Origin: Candidatus Zixiibacteriota bacterium
GTDB taxonomy: Bacteria > Zixibacteria > MSB-5A5 > UM-FILTER-46-8
Assembly (NCBI GenBank): GCA_026983835.1
Contig: JALSTH010000040.1
Span: forward strand, 510 to 64,509
Reading direction: 5' to 3'
DNA length: 64,000 bases
Shown: one piece after another, positions 51,247 through 61,570 of the stretch
How positions within the stretch are numbered: the stretch's first letter is position 1
How the letters are laid out: each line of letters begins with the position of its first letter
Notes under the pieces: model-generated
Database searches by the model: none
The model's input: the letters and a program-made list of their open reading frames with translations, nothing else
Told to the model about the DNA's origin: nothing
Translations under genes and position numbers: made by a program

Positions 51247-53946
51247 ATGTCTGAAAAGTTAATTTTAGTTGATGGAACCGCCTTGGCGTATAGAAGTTAT
51301 TTTGCTTTTATGCGGCGGCATCTGATCTCCTCGAGGGGGGAGATCACCTCCACCTCCTTCGGCTTCATAAATTCAATTCTCAAACTCAAACGGATATATA
51401 ACCCCGATTACCTCGTAATATCCTTCGATTTGGGCGCGCCGACAATCCGTCATAGAATATATCCCGAATATAAATCCACCCGCGCCAAAATGCCCGATGA
51501 TATGGTCGAAACCCTCCCGAGATTATATCAGATTGCCGATGCTTTGAATTTGCCGGTAGTCGAGAGGGAAGGAGTCGAAGCGGATGATATTATCGGCACT
51601 TTGGCAGTTAAGGGTGCTGAAAAATGCTTTGGGGTTTATATCTATACGGGCGATAAGGATTTCTTCCAGTTGGTAAACAACAAAATAAACATAATTATCC
51701 CGGGTAGAAAAGGTGATGAGGATATTATCTTGGATCCCCAAGGCGTTAAAGCAAAATTCGGCGTTCCTCCCGATAAAGTGGTGGATGTTTTAGCGCTTAT
51801 GGGCGATTCCGCGGACAATATCCCCGGGGTGCCGGGTATCGGACCCAAAACGGCAATTCAATTGATCAATCAGTATGGCAGTTTCGACCATCTATTCGCC
51901 TCGATAAGTTCTCTGACGAAAAAGAGCCTCAAAGAGAAATTATCTGCAAACAGGGAACAAGCCGAACTCTCAAAACAACTCGTTATCATAAATACATCCA
52001 TCGATTTGCAGATCGATTGGGGCAAATTCAGGGTCTCCGAACCAAATCTCGATAAGCTATTGCCGTTGCTTAAGGAACTCGAATTTGAGAAACTGCTAGA
52101 TGAGTTTTCCCCGGGTGCCGCTTTGAGCGAAAAAAAAGCTAATGTAGATTATCGGTTGATTAAAAACATCGGGGAATTGAAGGAGCTTGCAAAGGAGCTG
52201 GAAAAGGCGGGACAATTTGCCATCGATACCGAAACGACCTCGCTTCAAGCACGAAAGGCTGAGTTAGTGGGAATCTCCATCTCCTATGAAAACGGGAAGG
52301 CGTATTATCTGCCCATGGGACATAACAACACGGACAAAAACCTCCCCCTTGCCGAAACCATTTCACTTATTGGAAAACTATGTAGGGATGATAAACTAAC
52401 TAAAATCGCCCAAAACCTAAAATATGACCTTCAGGTCCTTAAAAACTATAATTTGGACATTAGGGGACCGCAATTCGACACTATGCTCGCTTCCTATGTT
52501 CTCAATCCGTCGGCAAGACAGCATGGACTTTCCGCATTGGCGATGGAGTATCTCAATTATTCTATGCAGGGTATATCCGAATTAATCGGAAAGGGCAAGA
52601 AGCAGAAATCGTTTGCCGAGGTCCCTGTGGAGGATGCGGTTTTCTATTCCTGTGAGGATGCCGATATTACCCATCGTCTATATAATATCTTTAAAACAAA
52701 GTTGGCGGAGAATAAATTAGAGAAGGTCTTTTATGAAATCGAAATGCCTTTGGTGGAAGTATTACGGAGTATGGAGGAAGTCGGGATAAGGGTGGATAAA
52801 AACAAATTAAAAGAGATATCCAAACATCTTGCCGACGAGCTTGATAAATTAACCGCCGAGATCTACGAATACTCCGGATACGAATTTAACATAAATTCCC
52901 CGATACAGCTTCAAAAAGTGCTTTTCGATGATTTGAAACTGCCCTCAAAGGGTAAGACCGCCAAAAGGGCCGGACTTTCGACCGATGCTTCGGTTCTTGA
53001 GGAGCTTGCTGAAATCCATCCGCTTCCCAAATTGCTTTTGGAATATCGTGAATTGATGAAGGTGAAATCCACCTATTCCGATGCTTTGGTGGAGCTTATC
53101 GACCCCCAAACCGAGCGTATTCATACCAGTTTTAATCAGGCTGTTACCGCCACCGGAAGGTTGTCGTCCGCCAATCCCAACCTCCAAAACATCCCCGTAA
53201 GGACCGAGCTGGGCAGGGAAGTCAGGGAAGCTTTTATCCCCACCAATGAGGATTATACATTTCTGTCGGCGGATTATTCGCAAATCGAACTTCGGCTTGT
53301 GGCGCATATCGCTGATGATAAGGCGATGATAGAATCCTTTCTGCGTGATGAGGATATCCATACCCGAACGGCGGCGGAGGTTTTCGGGGTGGATATCGAG
53401 GATGTTACTCCGGATATGCGGCGTAAATCAAAGATAACCAATTTTTCCATAATCTATGGGGTTTCGCCCTATGGGTTGTCAAGACAGGCGGAGATGTCCG
53501 TACAGGAGTCGAAGCAGTTTATTGATATTTATTTTCGGCGGTATCCGGGTGTCAAAAAGTATATGGAGGAGATTGTGAAGTTCGCTGAGGAGAAGGGTTA
53601 TGTATCCACTATCTTTGGAAGGCGAAGATACATACCGGATATCAAATCGCGAAACCATCAAGTGCGCGAATTTGCCAAAAGGACAGCCATCAATACACCT
53701 ATACAGGGTTCGGCTGCCGATGTAATTAAATTAGCGATGATAAAAATATATAATGAGCTCTCCAGTCGAGGTTTCAAAAGTAAAATGGTGCTTCAGGTTC
53801 ACGATGAGCTTTTATTTGATGTCTATTTGGCGGAGCTTGGGGACATAAGGGAAATAATCAAAAACGGGATGGAAAATGTTATAGAGCTCAAGGTTCCTTT
53901 GAGGGTTGAAATCGGAATTGGCAAAAACTGGTTGGAGGCGCATTGA
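51247..53946 (+). CDS. polA: DNA polymerase I
   Basis: 5'-3' exonuclease (EADD, GDSADNIPGV), DTETT, ADYSQIELR, QVHDEL. Confidence 0.99.
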   Translation: MSEKLILVDGTALAYRSYFAFMRRHLISSRGEITSTSFGFINSILKLKRIYNPDYLVISFDLGAPTIRHRIYPEYKSTRAKMPDDMVETLPRLYQIADALNLPVVEREGVEADDIIGTLAVKGAEKCFGVYIYTGDKDFFQLVNNKINIIIPGRKGDEDIILDPQGVKAKFGVPPDKVVDVLALMGDSADNIPGVPGIGPKTAIQLINQYGSFDHLFASISSLTKKSLKEKLSANREQAELSKQLVIINTSIDLQIDWGKFRVSEPNLDKLLPLLKELEFEKLLDEFSPGAALSEKKANVDYRLIKNIGELKELAKELEKAGQFAIDTETTSLQARKAELVGISISYENGKAYYLPMGHNNTDKNLPLAETISLIGKLCRDDKLTKIAQNLKYDLQVLKNYNLDIRGPQFDTMLASYVLNPSARQHGLSALAMEYLNYSMQGISELIGKGKKQKSFAEVPVEDAVFYSCEDADITHRLYNIFKTKLAENKLEKVFYEIEMPLVEVLRSMEEVGIRVDKNKLKEISKHLADELDKLTAEIYEYSGYEFNINSPIQLQKVLFDDLKLPSKGKTAKRAGLSTDASVLEELAEIHPLPKLLLEYRELMKVKSTYSDALVELIDPQTERIHTSFNQAVTATGRLSSANPNLQNIPVRTELGREVREAFIPTNEDYTFLSADYSQIELRLVAHIADDKAMIESFLRDEDIHTRTAAEVFGVDIEDVTPDMRRKSKITNFSIIYGVSPYGLSRQAEMSVQESKQFIDIYFRRYPGVKKYMEEIVKFAEEKGYVSTIFGRRRYIPDIKSRNHQVREFAKRTAINTPIQGSAADVIKLAMIKIYNELSSRGFKSKMVLQVHDELLFDVYLAELGDIREIIKNGMENVIELKVPLRVEIGIGKNWLEAH

Positions 53947-53950
53947 TAAT

Positions 53951-54550
53951 ATGTCGGTTGTAGGTTTAACGGGCTCTCCGGGAGCGGGCAAAACAACGAT
54001 CGCCAATATATTCAAGGAGTTGGGGGCGGAGATTGTCTCTGCGGATGAAATCGGCAGGGAGGTGGTCGAATCCAATTCGGAAGTTTTGGAGGCGTTGATA
54101 AAAGCTTTTGGGAAAGACATTTTGGACGAGAGGGGAAATTTAAATCGCAGACAGTTGAGCGGAATTGTTTTTTCCTCCGATGATGCGCTTAAAAAACTAA
54201 ACCGAATAGTCCATCCCTCTTTGCTGATGGAATTAAAGCGGATAATCGATGAGCATCGCTTTGCAAAGGGGGAAAAATTGATGATTGTTGATGCGGCGTT
54301 GATTTATGAATGGGGGATTGCGGATTGGTTTGATGCGGTGATAGTTGTTTATGCTGACCTTTGGTTGCGGATAAAACGGTTGAAATCGCTGGGTTTAACC
54401 GAAAGTGAAGTGATGGGCAGAACCGATTCCCAACTGCCGCAGGAGGAGAAAATCCGTCGTTCCGACTACACGATAGAGAACAACGGATTGCTCAAAGATA
54501 TCCGCCCCGAAGTTGAAAAACTTTATCGTATTTTAATGCGCCCGAAATAG
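53951..54550 (+). CDS. coaE: Dephospho-CoA kinase
   Basis: GLTGSPGAGKT, LNRIVHP, DAALIYE, IENNG. Confidence 0.95.
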   Translation: MSVVGLTGSPGAGKTTIANIFKELGAEIVSADEIGREVVESNSEVLEALIKAFGKDILDERGNLNRRQLSGIVFSSDDALKKLNRIVHPSLLMELKRIIDEHRFAKGEKLMIVDAALIYEWGIADWFDAVIVVYADLWLRIKRLKSLGLTESEVMGRTDSQLPQEEKIRRSDYTIENNGLLKDIRPEVEKLYRILMRPK

Positions 54551-54661
54551 CTGACTACAAATTTAGCGAGACTTATTAGCGGGAACCAAATGGGTGGATT
54601 ATGATGGGGAAATACTAATAGGGAAAACTGGGATGATAATTTCGATGGGGGGGAATAAAAC

Positions 54662-54690
54662 TTGCGAAAAGTTTTTGGGGTTGATATAAT
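54662..54690 (+). promoter_or_regulatory. Sigma70 promoter
   Basis: TTGCGA-N17-TATAAT. Confidence 0.65.
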
Positions 54691-54722
54691 ATAATTTGAG
54701 AAATATTCAAATTGGCCTAATT

Positions 54723-54799
54723 AGAAGCACTTATAGAAATAGAAAGTACGAAGGAGCTAAAAACTGCTCTTGGGTTCGAGTCCCAGTTTCACTGCTTCT
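54723..54799 (+). ncRNA. tRNA-like structured element (T-arm present, no canonical D/anticodon arms)
   Basis: AGAAGCA/TGCTTCT closing stem, GAAA/TTTC, GGAGC/GCTCT hairpin, TGGG-TTCGAGT-CCCA. Confidence 0.45.
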
Positions 54800-54936
54800 T
54801 AATAAAGGGAATATTTCCGAATAAATTCTCGAAATGTTCATAAAAAAGCAGTATCCTTCGGATAAAATCCGAGATTTTTAAGCAGGCTCTAATAGGATTA
54901 TATCGGAGGAGTTTAAAATTATTTAAGGTCAAAAAG

Positions 54937-57381
54937 ATGATAAAAAGAATTAAAAAAATTAAGGGAGTTGGAAGATTTTTGAATGTCGGCCATACGGAGC
55001 TTGGCCGATTAACCTTAATCTATGGCCCTAATTGTTATGGCAAGTCAACCCTTTCTGATATTTTCCGTTCAATAGCGAATAAAAATCAAGAGATTTTATC
55101 AAACAGATATTCTATTGTAAGAAATGGTGGCCCTATTGCCCAAGAAATATGTTTTAGCGTTAAAACTGATGTGGATCAGACAGAACAAGATATTTCTTGC
55201 GTTGACCGAAAGTGGAATACAGGAAGCTTCAATTACTCGATAGAAGTTTTTGACTCTCGGTTTATTGAGGATAATGTTTTTACCGGTTTAACAATTTCAA
55301 GGGACAATAAAAAAAACCTTACCAATTTGTTGATAGGTGAAAAAAGTGTTGAGATTGGCAAACAAATAGACTCTTTAAAAAATAAATCGCTTCACGAAAA
55401 GACAAAAGATATTGGCGAACTTGAGGATTCGCTCAAAAGAAATTTGGGAACTTTAAATTTAGGAATAAGTCTTGAAGACTTTATATCAGTCGAGAAGCCG
55501 GATGATATTGAAACGACTAAATCTAAATTAACTATGCTTCAAGAAAATCTGAAGAAAGTTATAAAATTAATTTCGGAAAAGAATAAGATTCTCGAACTCG
55601 ATGGACCATTAATACTTTCTATAGAAGATCCCGAGCCGACAATTAAAATTCTAAAAGATTCGCTGGAAAAAGGTTTTGAAGATATAAACGATACTGCATA
55701 TAAGCGAATGCGAGAACATATAGAACAACACTTCAAATCCCACGATGGCGAAGAAGAAGAGTGGATTGAAAAAGGGGTAAATGCCTATCTTAAACAAAAT
55801 AAAGATACAACCGTCTTAAATTGTCCGTTTTGTAGTCAATCTTTAGCTACAGTTGTTGATCTTATTGAGACATATAAAACAGTGTTCAGCGAGGAATATG
55901 AAAGCTTTTATAATGAAGCTCTTAGAATGCTGGACGATAAACATCAAGAATTCAATAAAATTATTAACAACATTAAATTAGTAGAAAATTCAGTAAATAA
56001 AAATTTGGCAATTTGCGGACGCTGGCAGGGTTATTTTACAGACGAGACCCAAAAACTCATTGAACAAATAGATAATTTCAGCAATAAAGTGAATAAATCC
56101 AAAAGCAACCTCGTAGGGCTAATGGAAGAAGTTTCCGGCAAATTTGGAGAACTTATCGGTGAAAAAAAGAAGAAGCCTTTTGTTTCTATTAAGGAATTTC
56201 CTACTGGCGATAAATTACTAACCACTTATCAGCAATTCGCAGAAATGGTAAATAAATACAATGAAGACGTAAAGTTACTTATTATAGAAATAAACACCCT
56301 TAAAACAAGGAGTCAGAATGACCAACTAGTAAAAGAGTCAGAAAACTTGAGCAATAAAATAGAGGACATAAAAACAAAAATAAAAAGATCCGAATTAGCG
56401 GCAGATATAGACAAATATCAACTTTTAAAAAGAGAGAAAGATAAAATAGAACAGGAAATTAAAAAATTGCAGGAAAAACTAGAGCAAGAAAATACAAAAT
56501 TCATTGAGCAATACTTTCAGGATACAACGCACATTTTTAATAGATTAGGCTCTATTGACTTTGAAATTCAGACAACTTATAGACGTTGGGGAGGTCAGCC
56601 GGTATATGAACCGACAATCAAATTTGCAAACGAAGAAATTACTTTTAATCGATTACCATTTATATTTAGTGATGCGGACAGGAGGGCTTTGGCATTTTCA
56701 ATTTTCATTTCAAAACTCAGAAATAAAAGTGAGGCTGAATTAAAAAATACCATCGTTTTTTTAGACGATCCAATAACCAGCTTTGACGACAATAGAATTT
56801 CACAGACCTTTATAGAGATTAAGAATCTTACAACATCTTGCCGCCAATTAATTATAGCTGCACATCACAGCAGATTTTTACTTGATACTTACGAGAAACT
56901 AAAAAGCCTTCCGAATCTGGATTTAAAATTTATTGAAATCAAAAGAGATGGTTTTGGTACCCTCTTTGGGTTGGTTAGTGATCCTAAAACTAGATTAGAC
57001 CCCCATGCTCAAGAAATAGAGAAGGTGGAAAGATTTATTAATGGCGATTCTGATGTAAACGCGTCGGACGTGCGTAGATCATTAAGACCAATACTAGAAA
57101 AAGAGATAGAGTGGAGGTTCAGAAGAGACTTAAAAGGAGTATCTTTTGAGGGGCTTGGCGATATTGTTACCAAACTGAAAGAAAAAAATTCAATAAGCGA
57201 GAAGATAGCAAGAAGGATTTACGACTTTAATGACGTACTTATAGATGACCATCACGAAACAACTTTAGATACGAATGAAGATACAAGAAATTTGTCTAGA
57301 GATATCATTGAATTTATTTTTAAAGAACTAATCCCTAATAGTAAGTCCTTGAATTCTGAATTTAAAAAACTTGATAAATAG
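54937..57381 (+). CDS. AAA_13/RloC-like SMC-type ABC ATPase with zinc hook and possible C-terminal HEPN-like domain
   Basis: GPNCYGKST, coiled coils, CPFC, SDADRRALAF, FLDDPITSFD; C-terminal RxxLE...NxxxxxxHH; AT-rich. Confidence 0.8.
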   Translation: MIKRIKKIKGVGRFLNVGHTELGRLTLIYGPNCYGKSTLSDIFRSIANKNQEILSNRYSIVRNGGPIAQEICFSVKTDVDQTEQDISCVDRKWNTGSFNYSIEVFDSRFIEDNVFTGLTISRDNKKNLTNLLIGEKSVEIGKQIDSLKNKSLHEKTKDIGELEDSLKRNLGTLNLGISLEDFISVEKPDDIETTKSKLTMLQENLKKVIKLISEKNKILELDGPLILSIEDPEPTIKILKDSLEKGFEDINDTAYKRMREHIEQHFKSHDGEEEEWIEKGVNAYLKQNKDTTVLNCPFCSQSLATVVDLIETYKTVFSEEYESFYNEALRMLDDKHQEFNKIINNIKLVENSVNKNLAICGRWQGYFTDETQKLIEQIDNFSNKVNKSKSNLVGLMEEVSGKFGELIGEKKKKPFVSIKEFPTGDKLLTTYQQFAEMVNKYNEDVKLLIIEINTLKTRSQNDQLVKESENLSNKIEDIKTKIKRSELAADIDKYQLLKREKDKIEQEIKKLQEKLEQENTKFIEQYFQDTTHIFNRLGSIDFEIQTTYRRWGGQPVYEPTIKFANEEITFNRLPFIFSDADRRALAFSIFISKLRNKSEAELKNTIVFLDDPITSFDDNRISQTFIEIKNLTTSCRQLIIAAHHSRFLLDTYEKLKSLPNLDLKFIEIKRDGFGTLFGLVSDPKTRLDPHAQEIEKVERFINGDSDVNASDVRRSLRPILEKEIEWRFRRDLKGVSFEGLGDIVTKLKEKNSISEKIARRIYDFNDVLIDDHHETTLDTNEDTRNLSRDIIEFIFKELIPNSKSLNSEFKKLDK

Positions 57382-57542
57382 GGATTTTGGTGGATAATAA
57401 AACTAACTTTACCTACCGCCCTTTATTTTGTAGCCCGTCGCTTTCTGAAAAAATTTCGGTAAAGTTAGATAGCAGGTGGTGAGGATAATCCATCGCCTGT
57501 TGAGTCTTTAAAAAATTGGGTTTAATATTATATTCCCAGGGA

Positions 57543-58691
57543 TCATTCGGTAAATAAATCCAGGTACTCTTTTAATATGAACATTCTGTTTCGCGAAAAG
57601 CCAGTGTATTCTCTTAAAATATTAATCTCCACAAGATCCTTTATGAGAGAGTTTGCTGCTTTATAAGATACATCAAGAACATCCTGCGCCTGACGGACAC
57701 CGATAATAGGTTTCCCAAACATATATTCAAGAAGTCTATTGCCCGATTTCGCCCTTCTCCCCAGTTTTAATATCTCATTATCATATCTCCTTTTCAATTT
57801 GATAATATTCTCTAAAGTCATCTTGCCGTTTTCTACGGTTTCTATTATTACTGAAAGGAAAAATATTATCCACTGTTCAATATCATTTTTTAGCCGAACA
57901 GAGTTTAATATATCATAATAGGCGGCGCGGTGCTTCTCAAAAAAGTAGGAAATGTAAAGAGTAGGCTTTCGTAATAAACCATAATAAATCAATTGCAGAG
58001 TTATAAGCAACCGCCCTATCCTACCATTGCCGTCTAAAAAGGGATGTATCGTTTCAAATTGATAGTGAGTTAAAGCTACTTTTATAAGGTGCGGTATGCC
58101 AAGGGATTCATTGTGCCAAAATTTCTCCAAATCTTTTAAAAGGTTAGGCAATTCCCTATGATGAGGAGGAACGAAAGAAGCGTTGCGCAAATTTGATCCC
58201 CCAATCCAATTTTGACTTTTGCGGATTTCCCCCGGTTGCTTTTGCTGACCCCGTACCCCTGATAATAGAATTTTATGTGTCTCCCCTATCAATCGCATAC
58301 AGAGAGGTAATTCCTTAAGTTTATCAACCGCAAAATTAATTGCTTTTATGTAATTTTGAACTTCCTCCCAATCGTCTCTTATCTCCGGTTTTATTTCCTC
58401 CTTCGGGAGGACAGCTTCAGTTATATTGGTTTTCGTACCTTCGATTTTACTTGAGGTCGTAGCCTCTTTTATAATATGCATTTGAATAAAAAAATCGACA
58501 TCTGGGACAAGTAAAGAATAGGCATTTAATTCCCCTAAAAGCCTTGCAGCCTTTTCTAACAAAATATCTATATCGGCACTATGCCATTTGAACCTTTTAT
58601 TGACATAGTTTGGTGTGAAGCTTTTATATTCGGATTCTGTTGCCCTGAGCTGTTTTTCGTATTTGCCGGAAGCAAAATCCATTTCATCCAT
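57543..58691 (-). CDS. Fic family protein with C-terminal HTH
   Basis: SSKIEGT inhibitory motif; [12 protein letters not shown]. Confidence 0.95.
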   Translation of the reverse strand: MDEMDFASGKYEKQLRATESEYKSFTPNYVNKRFKWHSADIDILLEKAARLLGELNAYSLLVPDVDFFIQMHIIKEATTSSKIEGTKTNITEAVLPKEEIKPEIRDDWEEVQNYIKAINFAVDKLKELPLCMRLIGETHKILLSGVRGQQKQPGEIRKSQNWIGGSNLRNASFVPPHHRELPNLLKDLEKFWHNESLGIPHLIKVALTHYQFETIHPFLDGNGRIGRLLITLQLIYYGLLRKPTLYISYFFEKHRAAYYDILNSVRLKNDIEQWIIFFLSVIIETVENGKMTLENIIKLKRRYDNEILKLGRRAKSGNRLLEYMFGKPIIGVRQAQDVLDVSYKAANSLIKDLVEINILREYTGFSRNRMFILKEYLDLFTE

Positions 58692-58720
58692 ATATTCTTA
58701 TCCTAATTAGATTATGCCGA

Positions 58721-58798
58721 TAAAAAGTAAAATATAAAATTCCTTATGTTCATTTTAGCTCTAAAAGTAAAATAAGGCAAATTATATTTTACTTTTAG
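58721..58798. promoter_or_regulatory. Tandem operator-like palindromes upstream of fic
   Basis: CTAAAAGTAAAATA-N10-TATTTTACTTTTAG (perfect) plus a degenerate copy 40 bp earlier. Confidence 0.6.
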
Positions 58799-58884
58799 GT
58801 AAATATGGAAGATTTAACACCCCCTCGTTCTATAAATACTATAATAATTTTAGGAATATCTGTTTTCCATAATATTTCGTAAAG

Positions 58885-58912
58885 AAAGCGGCGGAAGAAT
58901 GTCCGCCGCTTT
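58885..58912 (-). terminator. Rho-independent terminator
   Basis: AAAGCGGCGGA-N6-TCCGCCGCTTT; T-rich tail on the minus strand. Confidence 0.75.
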
Positions 58913-58946
58913 AATATGTTCGTTTCAGCAATACTTAATAATTATG

Positions 58947-60947
58947 CTATTTCACCAGCGTCATCTTCTTAATCGATGTCTTGCCTAAATTGGTGAGTTT
59001 TGCGTAATATATTCCGCTCGGCATATCCGCGGCATTCCATCTTATACTGTGCGTTCCCGCCGACAAATAACCATCAACCAGCTTCGCCACCTCCCGCCCG
59101 GCGATATTATAAACCGTCAAGTCAACCTCTCCCCCATAAACCAAAGAAAAGTTGATATTGGTCGCCGCATTGAAAGGATTCGGATAATTGCCGTGCAAAG
59201 CAAACTCGACAGGATGCGAAGCGTTGGAATTATCATCGGGGAGCTTGATATCGTGATTCTCGTTCCATTTATCGAGACCGACCACATCCCAATCGGCGGA
59301 GTTTCCACCCGCACCTTCAATTACCGTGAACGGAAACGATGCCGAGCTGATTACGCTGTCGGGATAATCCCCACAATAAGCGATATAATTATAGTCGCCC
59401 AACGGTGCATAACCCGGAATATGTTGGGTCATAGCAGCTGTCAAGGTATCGTGAGGGAGCATAATTATATGATCCATTTCCTGAATCGGACCATAAATTC
59501 CATAATCGGGGACATCGAGCATAATCCACACATCGGTAACCTGAACATCAGCCGTGTTGTTGATAAGCACGCCTGTGTATTGGAAACTACCGCCCGGCGT
59601 GACTACAACGGGGTCTTCGGCAGGTATCATATCGATGTAGATATCCGGCATAGAACCGCCCGATATGGCGAACATCTTGCCACCGCTGGAGAGATATTGA
59701 GTGCCGGCGATAATATCACAGTTCCCATCGCCATCCAGATCGCCCGCCGCCCGAACCGTTTTCAGACGGTTTCCGGTATTGTACTGCCACAATATCGAGC
59801 CATCGGAACCATCGCAGAGATAAACATTATAATCGAAACTCCCACCGACAACCTCATCGATACCATCCTGCGTGACATCGGGAACATTATCGATAGTCCA
59901 GACATCACCGCCGTTTAAATCCCCCACAGTTGTGCTCCAATTGACCGCTCCGGTGGCGCCATCAAGGGAGATGATACGATTATCCCAACTGGCAACCAAC
60001 GCCTCCGGAATACCATCGCCGTTCTGATCGCCGCCGACTTTAACCTCCATCACGCTTGTGCCGATATTCGATTGCCAAATAAGGTCTCCATTTGCCGCCG
60101 ATAAGCAGTAAACATTTTCGGACCACGAACCGGCTAAAACATCCTGCAATCCATCGCCGTCCACATCGACGAAACCTTCGACATCCCAAACTGATTGGCC
60201 TGTATGGTATTCCCAAATCAAAGTACCGGTAGCACCATCAACGCAAATTACTCTATCTTCATACGGATCGCCGGCGCCGATAATTGCCTCCGGGGCATCA
60301 TCGTAGTTGATCGAGCCTATGGAAGAAACGGCGAAAACCGCATCATTTGCTTGGAATTTCCAAATCAGCGAACCGTCAACGCCTGACAGGGCTACCGCAG
60401 CATCTTGATAGGAACCAAAGCCAGCCAAGACATCAGGGATGCCATCGAAATTCAAATCGCCGGTCATATGTATTGAATAGCACCAACCACTGGGTTCGTG
60501 GACATAAGTATCGTAAACCCATTCGGTAGAGCCATCGGCGCCATTGATAAGGAAAGCACTTCTGCCACCCCAAGCGGTGCCTAATAAAACCTCATCGATT
60601 CCATCGCCATCATCGTCGGTATAGCGGGAAAGGCAGTCATCACCATAACCTCCCCCGGATGATACGCCACCTTGGGGTCCGGCAGACCAAAGGACGACAG
60701 GACTGCCGTTATTTCCGGGACCTGACAAACAAAACAGGTTATGATCGCCTTGATAAGCTGAATTACCCCAGATGCCGACTACATCGGGATGGGAATCGCC
60801 ATCGACATCGGAGAATCCCATCACGCAGACACAATGATCATCCGGACCTTGATAGGACCAGATAAGGTCGCCCGCTTGGTAAGCAAACGAGCTACCCGCA
60901 AAGAGCATTACCCCAAGGAGAACAACGCCAGTTAACATTTTTCGCAT
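58947..60947 (-). CDS. Secreted FG-GAP/PQQ-like beta-propeller protein with sorting domain
   Basis: Signal peptide; DxDGDG repeats; GxxxW repeats; NYPNPFN tail. Confidence 0.87.
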   Translation of the reverse strand: MRKMLTGVVLLGVMLFAGSSFAYQAGDLIWSYQGPDDHCVCVMGFSDVDGDSHPDVVGIWGNSAYQGDHNLFCLSGPGNNGSPVVLWSAGPQGGVSSGGGYGDDCLSRYTDDDGDGIDEVLLGTAWGGRSAFLINGADGSTEWVYDTYVHEPSGWCYSIHMTGDLNFDGIPDVLAGFGSYQDAAVALSGVDGSLIWKFQANDAVFAVSSIGSINYDDAPEAIIGAGDPYEDRVICVDGATGTLIWEYHTGQSVWDVEGFVDVDGDGLQDVLAGSWSENVYCLSAANGDLIWQSNIGTSVMEVKVGGDQNGDGIPEALVASWDNRIISLDGATGAVNWSTTVGDLNGGDVWTIDNVPDVTQDGIDEVVGGSFDYNVYLCDGSDGSILWQYNTGNRLKTVRAAGDLDGDGNCDIIAGTQYLSSGGKMFAISGGSMPDIYIDMIPAEDPVVVTPGGSFQYTGVLINNTADVQVTDVWIMLDVPDYGIYGPIQEMDHIIMLPHDTLTAAMTQHIPGYAPLGDYNYIAYCGDYPDSVISSASFPFTVIEGAGGNSADWDVVGLDKWNENHDIKLPDDNSNASHPVEFALHGNYPNPFNAATNINFSLVYGGEVDLTVYNIAGREVAKLVDGYLSAGTHSIRWNAADMPSGIYYAKLTNLGKTSIKKMTLVK

Positions 60948-61390
60948 AATAACCTCCGTAGTTTCGATTGATTATGACAAAGGGCTTTATTTAAATAATT
61001 CTGATTTCAAAACAACGCTAATGGGTAGAAAATCTAATGGAGCAAGAGTAAAATAATTTTATATACTTAAAATATACTCTTAATTTCGAATCCGTCAAGG
61101 GATATTTGGAGAGTAGGATAAACTAAAAGCAGGGCTGAAATCCGCGTCAATGATATTTTTTCCAATGTTTACAAACACCGGGGGCGATATGAGACAGCGG
61201 TGCTGGTATTTTTTCGCAAGGGTGTCCGTTGTGGCCGCCGGATTTGATATTTCTTTTCATTTATCCGCCAAGAACTGTTAACAATTATCCTTATATAGAG
61301 ATATAATAATTTTAGGGTGATAATTTTAATTTTTCCGCTTGAAAAGGCTTTGTTTTTATGCTATGGTTTTTTGTGGCGAAGGAGGAATTA

Positions 61391-61435
61391 ATGGCTGGAA
61401 ATTATACATCGCCAAAGCGTTATCATCCTAACTAA
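61391..61435 (+). CDS. Putative 14-aa leader peptide MAGNYTSPKRYHPN
   Basis: AGGAGG RBS; upstream TTGAAA-N17-TATGGT promoter. Confidence 0.3.
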   Translation: MAGNYTSPKRYHPN

Positions 61436-61570
61436 TTGAGGGGGGGGGACTTATGTAAATACGCCTACGCAGGTAATTCCCCTCTACCCCGCCCCCCACC
61501 TTGAAATCCCACACATAAAAGTATTTTAATCCACTAATAGATTTTTAAATTTTACCCACAGGGGGAAACT

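Noticed and set aside
54723..54799. tRNA-Sec (selC) or another canonical tRNA
   Set aside because: No TCA anticodon loop, no proper D arm, no CCA end; kept only as a tRNA-like element.
57401..57470. Integron attC site after the ATPase gene (AACTAAC...GTTAGAT, 11-bp inverted repeat)
   Set aside because: The R boxes resemble attC, but the spacer is fully paired, the L boxes are not complementary, and no intI or second site was seen.
59049..59918. 289-aa plus-strand ORF and other short overlapping ORFs (e.g. 6..512, 19387..19881)
   Set aside because: Antisense or alternate-frame shadows of well-supported genes, with no recognisable motifs.
61374..61490. Fluoride (crcB) riboswitch
   Set aside because: GGCGA/TCGCC and a 3' CTAC look superficially similar, but loop lengths and core nucleotides do not fit, and the downstream gene is unrelated to fluoride.
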